From positions 240 to 64,239 of the forward strand of contig CAWJIC010000008.1 in assembly GCA_963842755.1 (NCBI GenBank): 64,000 nt of DNA. Direction: 5' to 3'. Position numbers and translations under genes: made by a program. This document shows positions 10,476-17,974 of the stretch, piece after piece (within the stretch, counting starts at the first letter, position 1; each line of letters begins with the position of its first letter). This DNA is from an uncultured Chloroflexia bacterium (lineage in GTDB: Bacteria; Chloroflexota; Limnocylindria; Limnocylindrales; CSP1-4). The notes under the pieces are model-generated. The model saw only the letters and a program-made list of their open reading frames with translations, did no database searches and was not told the origin of the DNA.

Positions 10476-11356
10476 CTGATCCCCAGCAGCTGCTCGACGA
10501 AGGCGATCAAAGGTGATGACTGGACCGAGAAGACGCTGGTGGTCCTGCTGACGATCGCGATCGCGACCAAGGTTCCGAGGAGCCCAAGACTGACCACCCA
10601 GTCGCGGGCCCGTACGACGAACTTGTCCCGCAGGTAGTCGGTTCGCTTGCCGCCCGTGCCCGGCTGCCCCGAGAGCGTGTAGCCGCGCGCGTAGAGAGCG
10701 GCGGAGATCTCGTCCGCGCGCCGAAGAGCCACCGCGAAGAGGGGGACCGTGTACATCGTGTAGAGCTTCACCTTCTCCCTGAGCGAAAGCGCGTCGAGGT
10801 CGAGCGCTCGAGCCTGCTCAGCCTCCCGGATCGTCGCAAAGTCCTCCATGAACATCCCGGCGCTCCTCAGTGAGAGCCCGGCGACATAGCTCACCGGGAA
10901 CGGGAGGTGCAGCGTGCGGAGGCCGACGAGCACGTCGCGCTCGCGGTTCGTCGAGAAGTAGAGGATCGCTCCGAAGAGCATCGCCATCAGCCGGACGTAG
11001 CTCACGAACGCCCACCGCATCGGCTCCCAATACAAGGTGAGCCCGGCCAGTCTGACCGGAGTCAGCTGTGCCTTTTCTCCAGGTGCGAGGTAGGCCACGA
11101 TGAACATGAAGAGCGCGACGGTGACAAGGAGCAGACGGTACTTCTTGAGGTCGCTCATCCGGACGCGTCCCCACCAGAAGAGCCCGAACGTCGTCGCGAT
11201 GATCGCGAGGTTGATCTCCGGCCGGTCGATGAACATCGGCGCGACTGACAGCACGAACAGAAGGGTCAGCCGCGTGACGGGGTGGAACGCATAGAACGGT
11301 GAGTCGGCCGGCACGACGCCGAGGAGCGTCTTCTTGGCGAATTCGGATCGGGGCAT
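10472..11356 (-). CDS. ECF transporter transmembrane T component (EcfT/CbiQ family)
   Basis: 294-aa polytopic membrane protein with the ALRRADEISAALYARGY (Ala-Arg-Gly) coupling-helix motif. It overlaps the ATPase gene by 4 nt. Confidence 0.75.
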   Translation of the reverse strand: MPRSEFAKKTLLGVVPADSPFYAFHPVTRLTLLFVLSVAPMFIDRPEINLAIIATTFGLFWWGRVRMSDLKKYRLLLVTVALFMFIVAYLAPGEKAQLTPVRLAGLTLYWEPMRWAFVSYVRLMAMLFGAILYFSTNRERDVLVGLRTLHLPFPVSYVAGLSLRSAGMFMEDFATIREAEQARALDLDALSLREKVKLYTMYTVPLFAVALRRADEISAALYARGYTLSGQPGTGGKRTDYLRDKFVVRARDWVVSLGLLGTLVAIAIVSRTTSVFSVQSSPLIAFVEQLLGIR

Positions 11357-11390
11357 GTCGCTCCTGCGGAAGATCAGCCTGCAAGAAACG

Positions 11391-11423
11391 CTCGGCGACC
11401 GGTCGCTACCGCCGGTCGCCGAG
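11391..11423 (-). terminator. 12-bp perfect-stem hairpin between the S-component gene and ecfT (partial terminator or attenuator candidate)
   Basis: CTCGGCGACCGG-tcgctaccg-CCGGTCGCCGAG. On the transcribed strand it lies 33 nt after the S-component stop and is followed by CGTTTCTTGC. Confidence 0.5.
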
Positions 11424-11455
11424 CAGGATCACCTAGGCGTGTCCGGTCGATGACG

Positions 11456-12082
11456 TCACGCCCACCAGCCCTTCACGAAGGCCTTGGAGCGGATCACCAT
11501 CGGGGTCACGTACTTCAGGAGGATCGATCCGAAGATAAGCGAGGGGATCGAGTTCCCGATCGTCCACCCGAGCAGCGCGGGGATGCGGGCCTGGTCGGTG
11601 ATCAGGCCGAACCACGACAGCACGTAGGTCCCCCAGAAGGCACCCAGGAAGTTCGCGAGAAGCACGCCGAAGACAATCCAGATCGTCCAGTCGCGAATGC
11701 TGAGAAGCCGTGGGTCGCCCTTCAGCCATTTGAACGCCGCGACAGCGAGGAATCCTTGGATGAAGTTCGCCGGCAGATATGCGGCGGACACGGGGATTGG
11801 CGCGGAGCCACTCATCGCATTCGAGATGAAGGGGAAGAACATCCCTGCGATGACGCCCCAGGCTCCGAACCAGGTGGAGCCGACAGCCTGGACAGCCTGA
11901 CCGGGCCAGAACGCTGAGACGAACCCGATGGGGATCGCGAGACTGCCGAGCGTCCCGACCACGATCCCGATGCCAATGAAGAGGGCCATCATCACGACGT
12001 GGATGATGCCCGGGCTTCTCCGCTCCCCCTCCTCGACTACCCAGATCTTGCCGGAGTTTCCGGCCGCCGAATTAGTCGCCAT
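11456..12082 (-). CDS. Putative ECF S-component (substrate-capture membrane protein)
   Basis: 208 aa with ~6 predicted hydrophobic helices. It is the first gene of the operon that carries ecfT and two ecfA genes. No known S-family was recognised. Confidence 0.6.
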   Translation of the reverse strand: MATNSAAGNSGKIWVVEEGERRSPGIIHVVMMALFIGIGIVVGTLGSLAIPIGFVSAFWPGQAVQAVGSTWFGAWGVIAGMFFPFISNAMSGSAPIPVSAAYLPANFIQGFLAVAAFKWLKGDPRLLSIRDWTIWIVFGVLLANFLGAFWGTYVLSWFGLITDQARIPALLGWTIGNSIPSLIFGSILLKYVTPMVIRSKAFVKGWWA

Positions 12083-12127
12083 GTTCCTCGTCCTCCTCCT
12101 CCGGGGGCAGATCGCCCTTTGCCTCTA

Positions 12128-12145
12128 TGGTATATTGGATATTGG
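12128..12145. promoter_or_regulatory. AT-rich tandem half-sites TGGTATAT/TGGATATT in the divergent intergenic region (candidate GntR operator and/or -10)
   Basis: This is the only AT-rich patch between the divergent S-component and GntR starts. No consensus was verified. Confidence 0.3.
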
Positions 12146-12187
12146 GCGCAGAAGTCAAGGCGCACGGCAAGTTTCGGGGAGTGTCTG

Positions 12188-12898
12188 ATGCCGTTGGCCG
12201 CGAGAGTTGACCGGATCGAGCCCCAACTCCTGCGCGAGCGCGTGTACGTGGCCGTCAAGGGCTGGATCGTCGACGGGATCCTCCTCCCGGGAGAGCGGGT
12301 CCGCGACATGGAGCTCGCGGAACGCCTCGGCGTAAGCCGCATGCCCGTCCGCGAGGCTCTCACTCGCCTCGCCGACGAGGGGTTCGTCGAGATGGCCGCG
12401 AACCGCTGGACCCGTGTCGCGCCCGCCGACCCGGAGGACGCGGGCCGCATCTACCCGATCGTATGGACGCTCGAAACACTGGCGATTCGGCTGGTCGCCC
12501 CTCATCTGGGCGATGGTGCCGTGGCGAAGATGCGGAAGTCGAACGAGCGACTCCGTCGTGCGATCGAGGCTCACGACGCGGTCGCCGCGTCTCGCGCGGA
12601 CCGTGAGCTGCATGCCGTGTACATCGAGGCGACGGGCAACCCGGAACTCATCGAGATCCTATCGACCCTGAAGGCGAAGCTCCGTCGCCTCGAGATCGTG
12701 TATTTCGGGGGCTCGGTCATCGCGGCGAGATCGGCGGACGAACACGACGATCTGATCGACGCGCTTGCGCGCGGGGACGTCGAGGCCGCGGGCGGGATCA
12801 TCACCGGGAACTGGCAGCAGAGCTACGAACGGATCCTCGCGCGAGGGGACGCGACGCTCCGGAGCGAAGGGCATCGAACCGAAGGAGGCGAAGCATGA
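12188..12898 (+). CDS. GntR-family transcriptional regulator (FadR/FCD-type C-terminal domain)
   Basis: The winged-HTH region reads ERVYVAVKGWIVDGILLPGERVRDMELAERLGVSRMPVREALTRLADEGFVE, followed by a helical C-terminal domain. Confidence 0.85.
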   Translation: MPLAARVDRIEPQLLRERVYVAVKGWIVDGILLPGERVRDMELAERLGVSRMPVREALTRLADEGFVEMAANRWTRVAPADPEDAGRIYPIVWTLETLAIRLVAPHLGDGAVAKMRKSNERLRRAIEAHDAVAASRADRELHAVYIEATGNPELIEILSTLKAKLRRLEIVYFGGSVIAARSADEHDDLIDALARGDVEAAGGIITGNWQQSYERILARGDATLRSEGHRTEGGEA

Positions 12899-13791
12899 GT
12901 CGAACCGTTCGCTGCGGCCTGATCCAGGCCGTCCATGAGCTGGATGGCCGTGAAGCCGTCGAGGCGCACAAGCGCGCGGCGATCGAGAAGCATCTCCGGC
13001 TGATCGACGAGGCCGCGAGCCGCGGCGTCCAGATCCTGTGCCTGCAGGAACTCTTCATCGGGCCCTACTTCCCCGCGGAGCAGGACGCCCGCTGGTACGA
13101 GGCCGCGGAGGCTGTTCCCGACGGTCCGACGATCAGGGTGATGGCGGACGCTGCACGAAAGCACGGGATGGTCCTCATCGTCCCGGTTTACGAGCAGGAG
13201 ATGCCCGGCGTCTTCTACAACACCGCGGCGGTGATCGACGCGGACGGCACGTACCTCGGCAAGATGCGCAAGGTGCACATTCCGCACTGCCACGGGGAAG
13301 ACGAGCAGTCGCCGTACGGGTTCTGGGAGAAGTTCTACTTCCGACCGGGCAACCTCGGCTATCCGGTCTTCGAGACCCGCTTCGCGAAGATCGGCGTCTA
13401 CATCTGCTACGACCGCCACTTCCCGGAGGGCGCCCGCCTCCTCGGGCTCCATGGCGCGGAGATCGTTTTCAACCCTTCCGCGACGACGTCAGGCCACTCC
13501 GACAAGATCTGGAAGATCGAGCAGCCGGCGCATGCGATCGCGAACGGATACTTCGTGGGCGCCCTGAACCGGGTGGGTCGCGAGGCGCCGTGGAACATCG
13601 GCCACTTCTACGGGGACAGCTACTTCGTCGATCCCATCGGTGAGATCGTCGCGGAGGCGGCGGGCGCGGACGAGGAGATCGTCGTCGGTGACCTCGACCT
13701 CGGGAAGATCGACAAGATCCGCGCGCACTGGCAGTTTTACCGCGACCGGCGTCCCGACACCTACGGCGAGATCGCGTCCGATCTCCCGTAG
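12895..13791 (+). CDS. Carbon-nitrogen hydrolase, beta-ureidopropionase / N-carbamoyl-amino-acid amidohydrolase-like
   Basis: Glu-Lys-Cys triad contexts are present: LCLQELF, KMRKVHIP, GVYICYDRHFPE. The gene overlaps the GntR stop by 4 nt. Confidence 0.8.
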   Translation: MSRTVRCGLIQAVHELDGREAVEAHKRAAIEKHLRLIDEAASRGVQILCLQELFIGPYFPAEQDARWYEAAEAVPDGPTIRVMADAARKHGMVLIVPVYEQEMPGVFYNTAAVIDADGTYLGKMRKVHIPHCHGEDEQSPYGFWEKFYFRPGNLGYPVFETRFAKIGVYICYDRHFPEGARLLGLHGAEIVFNPSATTSGHSDKIWKIEQPAHAIANGYFVGALNRVGREAPWNIGHFYGDSYFVDPIGEIVAEAAGADEEIVVGDLDLGKIDKIRAHWQFYRDRRPDTYGEIASDLP

Positions 13792-13862
13792 CCGGCCGGA
13801 CTCAGCCCGACCGGCGCCCCTTCGCCGGAGTGCCGGTCGACCGTGACAGGAAGGTCAAAGCC

Positions 13863-15398
13863 ATGGCGCAGAACACGTCCACGACCCCGACCTTCGACGA
13901 GGCGCCGCTCGCGCTGCCGTCGCTGTTCGTCGAGCCCGGGGTCGTGGACCGGAGCGCATACGAGAGGACGATCGAGGTCCTTCGCGAGCGATCGATCACG
14001 CTCCCGACGTTCCACCAGCTCGCAATGCCTGAGGAGACGGGGAGGGACGACATCCTCGGCCGTGTCGATCCTGATGCTGCCGACCCGAACAACCTCTTCC
14101 GCATCCACTGGTACAACGGGCCGGCGCGACGGGCTCGTGTCGCGGTTCCCGCTCACGTCGTCCTGCCGAAGAGCCTGACCGGCGTCGACGCCCCGATCGT
14201 CGTGCTGCTCGGCGCGTTGTTCCCGATGATCGGGTCCCACAAGCTGCTCGCTGCGTATGCCTGTCTCGTGCCCCGGCTGGCGACGGGCCGCTTCGACCCG
14301 CGAACGCAGCGTGCGGTCTGGCCATCGACGGGCAACTACTGTCGCGGAGGGGTCGCCCTGTCGCGGATCCTCGGGTGCCGTGGCGTCGCCGTCCTGCCCG
14401 AGGGGATGAGTTCCGAGCGGTTCCGGTGGCTCGAGGAGTGGGTAACGAACCCGGAGGACATCATCCGTACGCCGGGCTCGGAGAGCAACGTCCGCGAGAT
14501 CTACGAGCGGTGCGATGAGCTGGCGGCGGATCCATCGAACCTGATCCTCAATCAGTTCTCGGAGTACGGGAACCACCTGGTCCACCGCGAAGTCACCTCG
14601 CGCGCCTTCGCCGACGTCTTCGAGTCGCTCCGGGCAGTTGAACCTGATCTTCGGCTGCGTGCCTTCGTCTCGGCGTCAGGTTCCGCGGGGACGATCGCTG
14701 CCGGCGACGCGCTGAAGGAGCAATACGGCACGAAGATCGTCGCCGTCGAGGCCCTCGAGTGTCCGACGCTCCTGATGAACGGGTTCGGCGAGCACAACAT
14801 CCAGGGGATCGGTGACAAGCACGTTCCGCTCATCCACAACGTGATGAACACGGACCTCGTCGTCGACATCTCCGACGAGGCGACCGATCAGCTTAACCTC
14901 CTGCTTTCGACGTCGGTGGGCCGTTCGTATCTGATCGAGTCCGGCGTCCCCGAGACGATCGTCGAGGCACTCGACCTCTTCGGGCTCTCGAGCCTCTGCA
15001 ACGTCCTCGGCGCGATCAAGACGGCGAAGCACTACGGTCTGGGGCCGGGCGACGTCGTGATGACGGTCGCGACTGATGGCGCCGCGCTGTACCGGAGCGA
15101 AGCGCCGAAGGCCCTCGCCGAGTTCTTCGGCGGCGAATTCACGAGGCGCGACGCCTCGGAGGTCGTGCAGCGGCACGTGCTTGGGGCAGATGAAGAACAC
15201 CTCCTCGAGTTGACCGACTTCGATCGGGCGAGGATCTTCAACCTCGGCTACTACACGTGGGTGGAGCAGCGTGGGCTGAGTCTCGAGGAGTTCTCGGTTC
15301 GTGCGAAGCAGGAGTTCTGGCAGGCCCTGCGCGGTGCGCTCACGCAGTGGGACGAGGCGATCCTCGAGTTGAACGCAAAGGTTGCGGGATCGGTTTAG
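13863..15398 (+). CDS. Long PLP-dependent enzyme of the cysteine-synthase / Trp-synthase-beta superfamily
   Basis: GSHKLLAAY (candidate PLP lysine), STGNYCRGGVAL, and SASGSAGTIAAG (glycine-rich phosphate loop). At ~511 aa it is longer than CysK. Confidence 0.7.
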   Translation: MAQNTSTTPTFDEAPLALPSLFVEPGVVDRSAYERTIEVLRERSITLPTFHQLAMPEETGRDDILGRVDPDAADPNNLFRIHWYNGPARRARVAVPAHVVLPKSLTGVDAPIVVLLGALFPMIGSHKLLAAYACLVPRLATGRFDPRTQRAVWPSTGNYCRGGVALSRILGCRGVAVLPEGMSSERFRWLEEWVTNPEDIIRTPGSESNVREIYERCDELAADPSNLILNQFSEYGNHLVHREVTSRAFADVFESLRAVEPDLRLRAFVSASGSAGTIAAGDALKEQYGTKIVAVEALECPTLLMNGFGEHNIQGIGDKHVPLIHNVMNTDLVVDISDEATDQLNLLLSTSVGRSYLIESGVPETIVEALDLFGLSSLCNVLGAIKTAKHYGLGPGDVVMTVATDGAALYRSEAPKALAEFFGGEFTRRDASEVVQRHVLGADEEHLLELTDFDRARIFNLGYYTWVEQRGLSLEEFSVRAKQEFWQALRGALTQWDEAILELNAKVAGSV

Positions 15399-15898
15399 GT
15401 TCGGCGCCTCTGCCCGGCCGTCGGCGGAGTCCGGCGACCAAACCGACCTGCCACGCGATCCCGGCTTGAGGAGCGAGCGTCGATCGTTGCTCGGAAATCG
15501 CCCAATCGCCCAGAAGGGCGGTGTGCTGCGGCTGACCTTCAGTGGTGCGAGACTCTCCACGAAACAGTGAACGCAAGGTCCATCGCCTCGGTAGTCGGCT
15601 CATCATCAGGCCCGGCGCCCCGCGGCCAGCGAGGTCGAGAAAGCGGGGACGCACCTGTTGCCTCTGCGACACAGGGTGAGCGAACCCACGCGCCGATCCG
15701 GTAGGGTATTGCATCACCCGTCCGCAGAGCGAGCGCGTAGGTGTGGGCGAAGCGGACAATGCGAAGGGCACCGCCGCCCTCGCGCGCGGACCCCTGGGTG
15801 TCAAGTTCTCGACCCAGACTTGTGCGTTACCTGCAGGGAAGCGGCTTGAGATGATCTGCCCTGGCCGTGCGTAGCGCCGGTTGATCGGTAGAGAGGCC

Positions 15899-15926
15899 TT
15901 GACGCACGTTCACTCAGTGGTACTAT
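15899..15926 (+). promoter_or_regulatory. Candidate promoter: -35 TTGACG, 16-nt spacer, -10 TACTAT, giving a leaderless abiEi mRNA
   Basis: The -10 ends 7 nt before the ATG at 15934, and no Shine-Dalgarno sequence is present. Confidence 0.45.
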
Positions 15927-15933
15927 CCCGTGT

Positions 15934-16749
15934 ATGAAGCACGGATCTCGACCCCTAAGTGAAGAGCGGACCATCGCCCGGGCAACCGCATCCGTGGTCG
16001 CCAACTTGGAGATGTTCCGCAGGCGCACGGTGACGAGCGACGAAATCGCCCAGCTGATCGGGGCGCCCCTCGGGTCAGACCGGCATGAGTGGGCCGTCCG
16101 AAGTCTCGTCGCCCACGGTTGGCTCGCCCCACTGCCCATGCGCGGGACCTACGAGTTCCTTCCGGCTCAGTCCGGGCCGGATCGCGCCGGCGACCCGTTG
16201 ACCGAGGCCGCCGCCGCACTCAAGCGCTTCCCGGGCCTGCGCCTCCAGCTCGTCCTCGGGGGAGCGGCGTTCCTCGGCGGCTTCAACGAGCGGACACCGG
16301 TGCGCTACACGCTCATCGTCCCCAGGCAGGCCCCCATCCAGCGCGGACTCGCCCGGGCCTATGACCTCATCCGTGCCGCCCCTTCCCGGTTCTTCGGCGC
16401 AACGCCGCGCGACAGCGTGCCGATGTCAGGAGCGTCGCGCCTGCTCTTCGACGCAGCGCTCTGGCCCGGGCGAGCCGGGGACCTCCGGGATCGGGGCCAC
16501 TGGCTTCGCGCGGCCCTCGCCAAGGCGGACATCTCGGAGATCCTCGCCTTTGCCCAGCGGCTCGACTCGGACCGCGTGACGGCCCGGGCAGGCTACTTCG
16601 CCGAGGCCTTCGGTCGACCCGACATCGCCGCCACCTTGGCCGACCTGCACCCCAAGGCCGCCGTGCGCCTGGGCGATCCGACGGAACCGCTCCACGCCCG
16701 CGACACTCGCTTCGGCGTGCGCGACCATCTCGGCGTCGCCGGCGCATGA
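15934..16749 (+). CDS. abiEi: AbiEi-family antitoxin / transcriptional regulator (type IV TA)
   Basis: The N-terminal wHTH-like region reads TSDEIAQLIGAP..AVRSLVAHGWLAPLPMRGTYEF. The gene overlaps the AbiEii gene by 4 nt. Confidence 0.7.
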   Translation: MKHGSRPLSEERTIARATASVVANLEMFRRRTVTSDEIAQLIGAPLGSDRHEWAVRSLVAHGWLAPLPMRGTYEFLPAQSGPDRAGDPLTEAAAALKRFPGLRLQLVLGGAAFLGGFNERTPVRYTLIVPRQAPIQRGLARAYDLIRAAPSRFFGATPRDSVPMSGASRLLFDAALWPGRAGDLRDRGHWLRAALAKADISEILAFAQRLDSDRVTARAGYFAEAFGRPDIAATLADLHPKAAVRLGDPTEPLHARDTRFGVRDHLGVAGA

Positions 16750-17666
16750 TCTACGAGCGCGCCATCACCCTGCTCTCAGGACGCTACGGTGGGCGCGCCG
16801 CGCCCCAGGCCTACCTCGAGTTCGCCCAGGAGCATTTCCTCGCCTGGATGGCGGTCGAGGGGCTGTTCGACGGAGACCACCCTCTCATCTTCAAGGGCGG
16901 CACGGCACTCCGGAAGTTCAAGTTCGGACCCGCCGGTCGGTTCAGCACTGACCTCGACTTCGCCGCCGAGAGCGTCGACTACCCCGAGCACGTCCTTGAT
17001 AGCCTGGAGGAAGGCTTCTCCTTCGAGGGCGTCACCTTCCATCTGACCGACCTCGACCGCCCGGCCCTCAAAGGCACCTGGCGCGCCCAGGGAGACGGGA
17101 TCGCGGGCGAGACGATCGACGCCAAGCTCGACTTCTCGTCGCGTCCGACGCTGTATCCCCCAGAACGCCGTCCCCGCTCGGACATCCCCGGTGTGGAGCG
17201 GCGCTTCCTGGGCTTCGACCCAGTCGATCCTCCGCTGATGACCCTCCTTGAGAACGTCTCCGAGAAGCTCGCCAGGTTCCGCCGCCAGATCATCGGCCGC
17301 GACCTCTATGACCTCGCTCGGCTCGCGCCCGAGCTGCGCCCGCACCTGCCGACACTCCGCGAGGCGGTCATCTTCAAGGTCTTCTTCGACCTGGTCGAGG
17401 ACGGACAGGCCGGCGCGAAACCCTTCCACGCCGGTCCGGAATACGCCGGTCGCACGGTCCCTCAAGTCGTCGGCTTCGACGACCTCGGCGTCCTGTCCGG
17501 ACAGCCGCAGGATTGCTCCGCGTTGCTCGCCGTGATCGGGAGCACCTATGGTGCGATGGGCGAGCCGACCGGGTCGGTCGAGATCCGGCTCGGGCAGGCC
17601 AGCAAGGGTGATCTCTTCTGGGCGCAGCAGATCTACGAGAGGCGGCGCGCCGAGCTGCGCGCGTAG
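16746..17666 (+). CDS. abiEii: AbiEii/AbiGii-family nucleotidyltransferase toxin
   Basis: The FKGGTALRKF..GRFSTDLDF nucleotidyltransferase motif is present. 306 aa. Confidence 0.8.
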   Translation: MIYERAITLLSGRYGGRAAPQAYLEFAQEHFLAWMAVEGLFDGDHPLIFKGGTALRKFKFGPAGRFSTDLDFAAESVDYPEHVLDSLEEGFSFEGVTFHLTDLDRPALKGTWRAQGDGIAGETIDAKLDFSSRPTLYPPERRPRSDIPGVERRFLGFDPVDPPLMTLLENVSEKLARFRRQIIGRDLYDLARLAPELRPHLPTLREAVIFKVFFDLVEDGQAGAKPFHAGPEYAGRTVPQVVGFDDLGVLSGQPQDCSALLAVIGSTYGAMGEPTGSVEIRLGQASKGDLFWAQQIYERRRAELRA

Positions 17667-17974
17667 AGCGGCGTCATGAACGGACGGACAGACCGCCTGG
17701 TGTCTACCCCTCTCTCTGCCACCACCCGCTGCTGTGGATCGTGCGACGCCGTCGCCTCTAGCGAACCCGAACCGCCTGCATGGGGTCCCACGCACTCGGC
17801 CACGACGCCCGGATGATCGACGCGATCGAGCACCTCGACCCGGATCTTCGCCGTCGGGTGTCGGGCTGAGCGTCATTGCCCGGTGTTCGGCGCGCCGTCC
17901 GGACGACGCCTGGGCGCGGGACATTCGGCGACAATGTGGCCTCCTGATGCGTCAGACCCCTATTGGATTGACCG

